64,000 nt of DNA from Leucoraja erinacea (lineage: Eukaryota), in NCBI RefSeq assembly GCF_028641065.1, contig NC_073391.1, positions 23,560,001 to 23,624,000 of the forward strand. The letters run 5' to 3'. This document shows positions 12,967-22,369 of the stretch, in pieces (within the stretch, counting starts at the first letter, position 1; every line of letters begins with the position of its first letter). The translations under genes were made by a program, and so were the position numbers. The notes beneath the pieces are model-generated. The model was not told the origin of the DNA, did not search any database, and saw nothing but the letters and a program-made list of their open reading frames with translations.

Positions 12967-13926
12967 TTATATAGTTGAACGTAAAATGGTTTCTGAAAAT
13001 GATGATGATGATGGCTCCAAAACTGGTTTATTATAAAACCTTTGGAATGTCCTCTCGGATGACCATCCTGCCAGTCTAAGTATCTGGTCCGTGGGCACCT
13101 CCAGCATTTTCGCTGCGGATGTTGCGGCAGCCCTGGTGGAATGAGATTTAAACACATCAGTATCTATCCCTGCCATCTTTAGGACAATTTTGAGCCACCT
13201 TGAAATAGTTTGGGTCGTGACCCTTTTGTGCGGTTTCTTGTAACTGATTAACAAGGCCATTTCCTGACCTCGTATACTGTTAGTATTTTTGATGTATAAA
13301 CGGATGTGCCTCACTATACACAGTTGTTCGTCATATGGATATGACATGAATACGATCACTTGACCCGATGAACCTGGTCTGTTTTGTTTGATTAGTTCCT
13401 GGATGATAAACACCAATTTCTCGGGTGAGGTGATCATGGAGTCCAGTCTCAATTTACTTAATGACTGGACTCTTTGAGCGGTAACAAGTGCCATAAGCAT
13501 AACCATCTTCATGGTAAGTTTCTGGAGTGACAAAGCTGTTATGGGCGACCAGCCCCTCAGCATATTGAGAACGACACCCACATCCCAGATTTCGGAGTAC
13601 CTGGTTTTAGGAGGATTTGCATTAAATATGCCCCTCATCAGTTTTATTACCAGGGGGTGTGTTCCCACCGTGTTCCGCTCCAATCCTTGTGCCAGATAAT
13701 TGGAAAGTGCACTTCTTGCACTATTGATGGCACTGTAGCCCAAACGGTTATCATGATGAAGGCTTGTTAAGAATTCCAATACAGCCGGAATGTTGTTGGC
13801 CCTCTGGTCCAAGTTGTTGCGGAAGCAGAATAAGCCCCATTTCTTTATGTGTCCAAGGTACTGCTTCCTTGTTGACAGTCTTTGAGCCGATGAGATCAGA
13901 TTCATCGTCCTGTCTGAGAGCCCCAT
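12967..13926 (-). CDS. DIRS tyrosine recombinase (ORF3), 319 aa, uninterrupted
   Basis: Catalytic set R (TAQRVQSL), HSTR (FKSHSTRAAATS), W and Y (AGWSSERTFQRFY); N-terminal SAM-like core-binding region (STRKQY...W...GYSAINSARSALS). Confidence 0.95.
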   Translation of the reverse strand: MGLSDRTMNLISSAQRLSTRKQYLGHIKKWGLFCFRNNLDQRANNIPAVLEFLTSLHHDNRLGYSAINSARSALSNYLAQGLERNTVGTHPLVIKLMRGIFNANPPKTRYSEIWDVGVVLNMLRGWSPITALSLQKLTMKMVMLMALVTAQRVQSLSKLRLDSMITSPEKLVFIIQELIKQNRPGSSGQVIVFMSYPYDEQLCIVRHIRLYIKNTNSIRGQEMALLISYKKPHKRVTTQTISRWLKIVLKMAGIDTDVFKSHSTRAAATSAAKMLEVPTDQILRLAGWSSERTFQRFYNKPVLEPSSSSFSETILRSTI

Positions 13927-13943
13927 GCCGTGTAGTGGGTCTT

Positions 13944-15869
13944 TTAGACTCTACAAATCAATAGATCCATAGTCTTATGGCATGGATGGCTATTCCCAGT
14001 TACTGGATGAATTAATAACTTTGAGCTATTTCCAATAAGGGAACATGGTTCTAATACCATCCCGTGTACCACTGAATACCACGGTTGAGTAGGCCAATCG
14101 GGTACTATGAGAATCCCAGATGCCGAGTCTTGTTGAATTTTCCTTAGTACCCGATTGATGAGGCAGAACGGGGGAAAAGCATAAAAGAGACAATTCCCCC
14201 AATGCAAAGAGAAAGCATCTGTAGCTTCTGCCCCAGGGTCTGGTTCCCAAGAAACATACCTTGGTAACTGGTGATTCAACCGAGATGCAAACAAATCAAT
14301 ATCTGGTCTGCCATATTTTGCTGTAATTTCAGCAAATATATCTTTATTTAACATCCATTCCGTGTTCTCGTTAAATTTGCGTGACCTGGTGTCTGCCACT
14401 AAATTTAGCTTACCTGGAAGGTAAGTAGCCGATATCCATATATTTCTTTGGATACACCATTGCCAAATTAAATTTGCCAATTGATCACAAGATGTCGAAA
14501 TGTTTCCACCCATGTGATTGATATATGCCACTGTGGTGGTATTATCAATTTGTAATCGTACATGCTGGTGGTTAATAGCTGAGCAATATGACTTAAGGCC
14601 ATAAAAGGCCCCTAACATTTCTAGGTAATTAATGCCACGTGAGTTAAGCAATACTGCCTCTTCTTCCTTCCATCTCCCTCCACAACTAGAAACAGAGTTA
14701 GTTGCTCCCCAACCAATGGCGCTGGCATCTGTTTGTAATACCATAGACGGGTTGTCAATAATGATGGGGTTTGAGCAATACCTAATATTATGAACCCACC
14801 ACTGTAGTTCAATGATAGCTTCCGTAGGCAGCTCCATAGGTCTATCAAAATGACCTTTATTAATTTTGAGTGCTCTAATTTTGGCTCTTTGCAAATTTTG
14901 ATAATGTAATGGCCCAAATTGTGTGGCCGGAAAAGTGGCCACAATCTTCCCAATTATTCGGGCTACCCGTCTAATGGAGGGTCTGACGGTGTTAAGAAGC
15001 ACGCTGCAATCCTCCTGCAGGGCTGCGGCTTTATCTATTGGTAAAGTTATTAACATATTGACCGTGTTAATGGTGAATCCTAAATAATCCATATTAGTTG
15101 CTGGTATCAATTTACATTTAAGTGGATGGATGGCAAACCCTAGTTGTTCAAACAATAGTTTTGTGGCGAGCACTGTTTGATATGCCAATTCATAAGTTGT
15201 GCCAACAATAAAGATGTCATCTAAATATGCCATCACCGTATGGCTTTGTTTACGTAACAATGCCAAAGCGGGTTTCAGTATTTTTGTACATAACCTAGGG
15301 GCAGATGTTAGCCCATTTGGTAAGGCTCTATATTGCCAAAGTTCCCCCATCCAGTTAAACTTCAAATACCGTCTGTGATCCCTGCTGATGGGTACTGTAT
15401 AATATGCATCTTTTAAATCAATGCTTGCCATATAGAACCCAGTTGACACTAATTCTTTAGCAGTAATAAAAGTATCCATTTTAAAGTGAATATGTTGAAC
15501 AAAAGTGTTCAATGTAGAAAGGTCAATAATAATCCTGCAACCCCCATCTTTTTTATTTCTAATAAAGATGTTAGATACAAATTCTAATTTTTCATGAACA
15601 GTATACTCAATCACACCTTTTGAGGACAATCTTTCTAGCTCCCTGTGGGCCTTAGATAGTTCCGCTTTAGCAAGGACAAAAGTCCTTTCTGGTATATGTT
15701 GTACTGGGGGTTTTTGGGGATAAATAAATTCTAATAGATAACCTTGAATACTGCTAAGAATATATGAGTCTGTAGTGATTTTACCCCATTCATAGCTATA
15801 GTATTGCAACCTCCCCCCCACCATAGTGGGTCCCTTTTTTATAGCAGAACCACACCCACCTACCTCCAT
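13944..15869 (-). CDS. DIRS pol (ORF2): reverse transcriptase, RNase H and adenine-methyltransferase-like domain, 641 aa, uninterrupted
   Basis: VGGRL..W..IT.D, KKDGGCRIIIDL, IDLKDAYY, LPNGLTSAPR and YLDD (RT); QTDASAIGWG, INYLEM, IDNTT and NLVADTRSR (RNase H); DIDLFASRLN...DAFSLHW...YAFPPF (MT-like). Confidence 0.96.
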   Translation of the reverse strand: MEVGGCGSAIKKGPTMVGGRLQYYSYEWGKITTDSYILSSIQGYLLEFIYPQKPPVQHIPERTFVLAKAELSKAHRELERLSSKGVIEYTVHEKLEFVSNIFIRNKKDGGCRIIIDLSTLNTFVQHIHFKMDTFITAKELVSTGFYMASIDLKDAYYTVPISRDHRRYLKFNWMGELWQYRALPNGLTSAPRLCTKILKPALALLRKQSHTVMAYLDDIFIVGTTYELAYQTVLATKLLFEQLGFAIHPLKCKLIPATNMDYLGFTINTVNMLITLPIDKAAALQEDCSVLLNTVRPSIRRVARIIGKIVATFPATQFGPLHYQNLQRAKIRALKINKGHFDRPMELPTEAIIELQWWVHNIRYCSNPIIIDNPSMVLQTDASAIGWGATNSVSSCGGRWKEEEAVLLNSRGINYLEMLGAFYGLKSYCSAINHQHVRLQIDNTTTVAYINHMGGNISTSCDQLANLIWQWCIQRNIWISATYLPGKLNLVADTRSRKFNENTEWMLNKDIFAEITAKYGRPDIDLFASRLNHQLPRYVSWEPDPGAEATDAFSLHWGNCLFYAFPPFCLINRVLRKIQQDSASGILIVPDWPTQPWYSVVHGMVLEPCSLIGNSSKLLIHPVTGNSHPCHKTMDLLICRV

Positions 15870-15952
15870 GGTTACTGGTGGTTTACTTATTTCTTGGGTT
15901 TCCTGAAAAAGGGGGGTTCCGGTTTGATGTCCTTGCGGGTTTGTGTGTGAGG

Positions 15953-17374
15953 TTAAGGCTTCTGTGTCTTCCAGGGTGGCCGGCCCTGGCCATATCCTAA
16001 AAAAGGCTGCGGTTGGTAATGCTGAGGTTTGACAGTGCGACTGGTGTGAGCCACATTCTTAGGTCTTGCGTGTGGCTGATACCTCGCTCCAAAATATGCC
16101 TTTGCACTGGCCTTAATGAGCCCTAGTGTTTTTGCTTCATCGTCAAGTTTTCTGACTTGTGCGGTCAAGTCCTTCCCAAATAAAAGAGTTGATGATGTGG
16201 GAAGGACTTAGTCCTTCCCAAATAAAAGAGTTGATGTATTAGCCGTTTTCTGTTTGCAGATAGGCGCATATCTGGGGTCTAGCGTTGGCTGAATGGCAGT
16301 CTTCCGCATATTATTCAATTCGTACTGCACATTGCAAAACAGAGCTAGTGCATCCTGGTGATTCTTGGTGAGCTCTGTTTTGTCCAATGTGCGGGTGTAG
16401 GCCGTGATACCTGCTGTCAGCCCCTTAAGTGCTCTCTGGATTTTGAGGTCTTGATTTCTTATGGTCCTCCCCATATGCTGCCAAATAGATTGGTTCACAG
16501 TGGGCACTTGTAACGCCTCACAATTTCCCGGTGGCAGATGTCTGGCCAGAGTTTCGGTGAATACGTCCTGTTGTAGCTTGTGGCCAGACATATAGTTGAT
16601 ACTTGCTGCCATCCGGGGATCCAAGTCTCCCCCTGTTTGACTTGGCATAAAATACGTGGCAACCATGTCCAGCAGAGTCCCTGCTGTATTTGGATCATGG
16701 GCCTCTGTATTGTCGGGCTCTGGCCCCTCAGGGTCCTGCCCACTCTCCTCCGAAGAGTCTGAGATTGGTGGGGGTCCCTCACGGGGTACCCTTATGGGGC
16801 TTGCCTGCTCACTCTGGCAAGTCTCCTTCTCGGGACTGCCACTATGAATGAGCTCCTCGAGCAGCTCCTTTAAGCGCTCTCTGTGCTGGGCTGCACTAGG
16901 CATTTTAAACTGCCCCACTTCTTGCAGGCTTTCAGCAAATTGCTCTTTCCTGGTATATCCCAGCTGCTCCCGTCCCTGGTACTCACGGGTGCTGGCTTGC
17001 GGGCTTGCTTCCTTGGGCCGCTGACCACACAGTTCCTTAGTGTGTACCCGGTCCGCGGCGTCTTTTGGGTGCTCTGTGTGCACCCATTCATAGCGGGTTA
17101 ATTGCATCCCGCGCTCCTCAGCCGCAGTGTGTTGACACGGGCTGGTCTCCCGTTGCGGAACAAAGTCGGGTTTTTCTAAATGATGCGTCTTCCTCCGAAC
17201 TTTTCCTCCCGCCCGGGCCATAGGTTTTGGTGGTGCCAGAACGGTTTCTGGCACAGCTGGTACTTCTGCCGAGGTGTCCATAGTCGGCGGCTGCTGTTCC
17301 TGCCGTTCACCGGTGTTTTCCACTCGTTTGTCGGGCAGCTTCTTTGCAGGCCGTTTTCTGGTAACTCTATCCAT
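15953..17374 (-). pseudogene. DIRS gag-like ORF1, interrupted by a stop inside a 42-bp duplication/inversion insertion
   Basis: ORFs 16208-17374 (388 aa, ends LLFGKD) and 15953-16168 (LTAQVRKLD...) are in the same frame. Removing 42 bp gives ...LLFGKDLTAQVRK..., about 459 aa, with an LFG motif as in DIRS gag. Confidence 0.8.
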
Positions 17375-17489
17375 TTTCCTAAAAATGTAAAATGTAGAGT
17401 CCTTACCTGCCTTTTGCTGGTCCTTTTGTACTCTCCCGTTACTGGGGACGTCCTCCCCCTCCTGTTTGACTCGTACAATGCGTGTAGCG

Positions 17490-17545
17490 ATATGACACGC
17501 ATGCGCTGGAAGCGGGCTTCTTCACGAAGTCACTCACGTGACTCC
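17490..17545 (-). promoter_or_regulatory. Putative internal promoter at the DIRS 5' end
   Basis: E-box GTCACGTGAG (17533-17542) and NRF1-like GCGCATGCG (within 17496-17508) at the element 5' terminus. Motif match only. Confidence 0.35.
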
Positions 17546-17703
17546 GAAGTAAAATCAGGCATCGTCACTCATGCAGCAAAGGACAGAGATTTTAGAAAAA
17601 AAGTGACATAGTTTAGTTGAAGGGACAATTTCTTAAGATGGCCTTAAAGAGGGAGAATGAGATAGAAATTTTTAGTGGCTGAGTTCCAGAATGTGGTGCT
17701 CCT

Positions 17704-18196
17704 GACCAATGATCAGCCATCATCATATTGAATATAGAGGTATATGGAGGTGGTGTCAACTTACCAGGATTGACAGAAGTTTTGTTCCCCTAATTTGAGG
17801 AAGGACATTCTTGCTATTGAGGCAGCGTAGGTTTAGAAGGTTAATTCCCGGGATGGCGGGATTGTCATATGCTGAGAGAATGGAGCAGCTGGGGCTTGTA
17901 CACTCTGGAGTTTAGAAGGATAAGAGGGGATCTCATTGAAACATATAAGATTGTTAAGGGCTTGGACACATTAGAGGCAGGAAACATGCCAGGGGCCGCA
18001 TTTTAAGAATAAGGAGTAAGCCATTTAGAACCGGAGAGAGCTAGATAGGGCTCTTAAAAATGGCGGAGTCAGGGGATATGGGGAGAAGGCAGGAACGGGG
18101 TACTTATTGGGGATGATCAGCCATGATCACATTGAATGACGGTGCTGGCTCAAAGGGCCAAATGCCTGCTCCTGCACCTATTGTCTATTGTCTATT
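17704..18196 (+). mobile_element. CR1/HER1 LINE 3' fragments
   Basis: ggggatctcattgaaacatataaga (RGDLIETYK) and a 3' tail ending cctgcacctattgtctattgtctatt. Confidence 0.75.
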
Positions 18197-19606
18197 GACT
18201 GAAATCTCCAAGAGCATTTCTGCTGAATTGAATTGAATATTGTGAAATTCTTTGCTTGCATTCCCAAGGTATGCAAATAGTCGTCCATAAAGGACGCTTC
18301 CAATGTTACAAATCCCCCCTCTGCGCCAGGTCCCCCTTTGTTCATTCCCCCCCTCCCTCACGGCGGGTCCACCATTATCCATTGTTCTTCCCTCTCCCTT
18401 CCTGGGAGTAAGTTGGAGAAAACCATGGGGACATTAAATGAAATTCCATGTTTTATCCATTTTCTTAGAATGCTTTTATTATTTAAAAATTCATGGAGAT
18501 TGGCATGGACGTTGGCATGGACATAGTTGGCTAAAGGCAGGGTCCATTTCTCTGTTGAATAAGTGACTCTAAATGTTGCAGATGGGAAGTGATAATGAAT
18601 GCCTGACTGTTTCAGAAGAGTAACAAGACATATTGTCTTTTTATTGGGGTGGAATGCTGTGTTGCAATGAGGGTGAATGAGTCGTGGTCAGTAATTAAAG
18701 AACAGGGGGAATTATAGACCAGTTAGACTGACATCGGTGGTGTGGAAGATGCTGGAGTCAATTATTAAATAAGTAATAACGGAGCAAAATGATTGATCCA
18801 AGTCAGCATGGATTTACGTAAGGGAAATCCTGCTTGACTAATCTTCTGGAATTTGTTGAGGATGTGACAAGTGAAATGGATGACGAAGAGCCAGTGGATG
18901 TAGTGTATCTGGACTTTCAGAAAACCTTTGAAAATGTCCCACACAGGAGATGAGTGGGCAATATTAGGGCACATGGTATTGGAGGTAGGGTTTTGACATG
19001 GATAGAGAATTGGTTGGCTGACGGGAAACAGAGTAGGAATAAACGGGTCCCTGTCAGAATGGCAGGCAGTGGCGAGTGGAGTGCCGCAATGCTTGATGCT
19101 GGGGCCGCAACTATTTACAATATATATTAATGATTTAGATGATGGAATTAAATGTAACACCAGCAACTTTGCAGATGACACAAAGCTGGGTGCAGTGTGA
19201 ACTGCGAAGAGGATGCTAGGAGGTTGCACACTGACTTGGACAGGTTGAGTGAGTGGGCAGATGCTTGGCAGTTGCAGTATAATGTAGATAAATGTGAGTT
19301 TAACCACTTTGGCGGCAAGAACAAGGAAGCAGATTATTATCTCAATGATGTCAGATTGGGAAAAAGGGAAGTGCAACGAGACCTCGGTGTCCTTGTACAC
19401 CAGTCACTGAAAGTAAACATGCAGGTACAGCAGGCAGTGAAGAAAGCTGATGGCATGTTGGCCTTCATAACACGAGGATATTTGAGGCAATGCAGTGTAG
19501 GTTCATGAGGTTAATCACCAGGTTGGCGGGACTGTCATATGAGGAAAGATTGGAAAGACTGGGCTTGTATTCACTGGAATTTAGTAGGATGAGAGGGGAT
19601 CTTATA

Positions 19607-20965
19607 TCTTATATTACTAAAAGTCTGATCTTGACCACTTCCTGTTGTTCTGTATATTGATTTTAGAAAAAATGCTGCCATTTACGGCTGTGATTTTTGG
19701 CCATCTTACTCCGAGCCCCCCTCTGCTGTGCAGGACAAGAGGATTTTTCCCATCAATGAAAAATAAAAGAGTTATTAGTGTTTAAAAAATGTTGAGATTC
19801 TCTCTCATGAAGGTCATGCACCTTCCGGGGGGACTATAAAACCCGGAAGTGTTGAGTACCTCAGTCCGTCTCTGCAAGATGGGGGAGCATGAGGGTCACG
19901 TCTCTCCATCTGAGCTGTGAATAACACTAAACATATGTCTACTAAACTGTGAGTGGTTTTACTGACCTGTCAGCGCCCTTAATGTGGTTTGAAAATATAG
20001 TTTGGAAATGCTAAAGCTGTGTTGCCTTTGCCTTTCGTTTGGAAATGCTAAAGCTGTGTTGCTTTTGGTTTGGAAATGCTAAAGCTGTGTTACCTTTGGT
20101 CTGGAAATGCTAAAGTTGCGTTGCCTTTGTTTTGTAAATGCTAAAGCTGTGTTGCCTTTGGTTTGGAAATGCCAAAGCTGTGTTGCCTTTGGTTTGGAAA
20201 TGCTAAAGCTGTGTTGCCTAATTAAAGTTGCCTTGCCTAATTAATGTTGCCTTGCCTAATTAAAGTTGCCTTGCCTTCTATATAATCAAAAGTCTAATCT
20301 TGACCACTTCCTGTTTGCGCTTTATATTGATTTTAGAAAAAACGCCACCACGTACAGCTGGGATTTTTTTGCCATACTCAGAGTCCCCCTCCGCTCATTA
20401 GATGCCGAGGATTTTTTCCCATTGATGAAAAATAAAAGAATTCTTAGTGTTTAAAAAATGTTGAGGTTCTCTTTCCTGTCAATCATGCCATGAAGGCCAC
20501 GCCCCTTCTGGGGGGAGGGTGGAGGGACTATAAAACCCAGTCTCAGCCTCTGCAAGATGGAGGGGGGAGAGGTCATGACTCGCTGTCTTTAGTGGCCTTG
20601 CATCCTGCTTGAAGTGGTAAGAAACTGCACTTGAATTTGGTGGCCTTGCACCCTGTTTGAAATGGAATTTCAAGGAACAGCAGTTTCAACTGCCAGCCCA
20701 CCAGCCGTGGGTGAGTGAGCTGCCAGCACAACAGGCTTGAGTGACTGAGCCGCCAGCTCAAAAATCCATTTGGCCCACAATGTCCATACTAGCCCTCTGG
20801 AAGCCAGTCCCTTCAGCCCACAACACCCATACTAACACTCCAGAATGCCTCCACCCCCCCCCCCACTGGCCAGCAATATTGGAATTGATGGAGAGGTGGA
20901 ATATTACGTTGGGGGACCAGCCCTCCCATGTGGTGCTGGGACCCAACGGGTCCCACTTAGTCTAG
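19607..20965 (+). mobile_element. Non-autonomous Helitron, composite, 1359 bp
   Basis: 5' TCTTATATTACTAAAAG; 3' hairpin TGGGACCC-AAC-GGGTCCCA (20937-20955) followed by CTAG (20962-20965); inserted between host A and T (cttatA|Taaac) with no TSD. Confidence 0.88.
20000..20275 (+). repeat. 31-bp minisatellite (~7 copies) plus a ~19-bp repeat inside the Helitron
   Basis: Unit ggtttggaaatgctaaagctgtgttgccttt with period 31 (20041, 20072, 20103, 20134, 20165, 20196), followed by ttgcctaattaaagttgcc repeats. Confidence 0.9.
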
Positions 20966-22369
20966 TAAACATAAAATTATAAAAGGATTGAACAAGCTTG
21001 ATGCAGTAAAAATATTCCCAATGTTGGTGTAGTCCAGAACCAAGGGCCACAATCTAAGAATAAAGGGGAGGCCATTTAAAACTGAGATGAAAAAAACCTT
21101 TTCACCCAGAGAGTTGTAAATTTGTGGAATTCTCTGCCACAGAAGGCAGTAGGGGCCAATTCACTGGATGAATTTAAAAGAGAGTTAGATAGAGCTTGAG
21201 GGGCTAGCGGAATCAAGGGATATGGGGAGAAGGCAGGCACGGGTTACTGATTGTGGATGCTCAGCCATGATCACAATGAATGGCGGTGCTGGGTCGAAGG
21301 GCAAAATGGCCTCCTCCTGCACCTATTTTCTATGTTTCTATATTTCTAATGAGGAGGGGTGGGGGCAGGATCAGGTAAAGAAATCTCTTAGAAATTGTCT
21401 AACCAGTGTAGGCATTTGTAATGTTAAACCATTAGGACGATAAGAAGAAAGAACTAGATGAAGGCAGAGTACAGAGCTGTTGGGTTTGAGAAGATTGCAG
21501 AGATTCCGAGGTGGGAATGAAAGAATGTGAATTTTTAAAGCAATGAATGAATAGGCCAGAAGCTTACATTGATCAGTGAGTACGATTATGATGAGTGTTT
21601 AGAACTTGATGTCGGTTGGAATATGAGCAGCTGTGATAAATCCCTGGGATCATTTTTTTTAATGGAAGGGGAGTCACCCGAGAAGTGGAAACATCATTGT
21701 TTAGAGGGAACTAACATATGGATGAGCATTTCATGAGCATGTAAATTAATGCCAGGTAGTGAGAGACACTATAAAGATCTTTGTGATGTAAAGTATACAT
21801 TTACATATTTTACATAGTTGGGAGTCTGTCTAAATTATTTATAATTTATAGTAACTGTCAAAATTGATTTTTGATAGATTGAACTGGAGTCTCCTTTGGA
21901 TGCAATTCTCGTCTCGGAAGGATAGTAGCTATGCTGAATGACAGATTTGAGTAACATTGGGTGCAAGCTGATAGCCTATTTGTTTCAGGGTAAAACAGTG
22001 TGTATAACTTTATTCCTATCTAGGTCTGCTTTGCCTAACACATCAATTAATTAACTGTGGCATATTACATTAAGGAAATAAAAAGTTAGGAACTACTTTT
22101 CATTTAACAGTTGAGCAAAAGTTGTGCCCAAGTTTCATATTCATTTATATTTTATGTGTACTACTGCATTTTATTCATGGGCCCTATCAACAGATTAATT
22201 AATATTTCATATCATGATCATAGTATTACATAACTTAATATGGTACAGGAAATGCTTGTGCTTACAGGAATTTTTGTGCAATATTAACATATTAAAACAT
22301 ATTTTTGTTCCAGAATTGAATATTTTAATGTCACAGCAATGATAAATAAAATTTAGCAGCAGCTTACGC

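Larger units (their letters stand above)
12458..17555 (-). mobile_element. Full-length DIRS1-type tyrosine-recombinase retrotransposon (5.1 kb), antisense within an ATRNL1 intron
   Basis: ORF order gag, RT/RH/MT, YR. 35-bp ITR (12533-12567 vs 17492-17526). ICR 12679-12791 is perfectly complementary to both termini. AAT occurs at both ends and there is no longer TSD. Confidence 0.97.
18709..21342 (+). mobile_element. CR1/HER1 LINE RT region and 3' end, split by a Helitron at 19607-20965
   Basis: NYRPV.LTSVV, SQHGF, KSCLTNL, VDVVYLDFQK, SGVPQ, IYINDL, FADDTKLG, ADAWQLQYNVDKC and RDLGVLVH motifs. The LINE resumes at 20966 and ends in (ttctatgt)n. Confidence 0.9.

Noticed and set aside
12967-13926. 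Phage integrase or bacterial contamination
   Set aside because: The YR is part of a DIRS element with RT/RH and ICR, inside a vertebrate intron.
17379-17406. Mini-intron between the DIRS donor and the ttttacatttttAG just before the gag ATG
   Set aside because: Only ~28 nt, too short for a normal vertebrate spliceosomal intron.
18765-19400. 211-aa minus-strand ORF
   Set aside because: Antisense of the CR1 RT region; no independent motif.
20000-20275. Regular 31-bp repeats resembling a CRISPR array
   Set aside because: Tandem units without unique spacers, in a vertebrate Helitron, with no cas genes.
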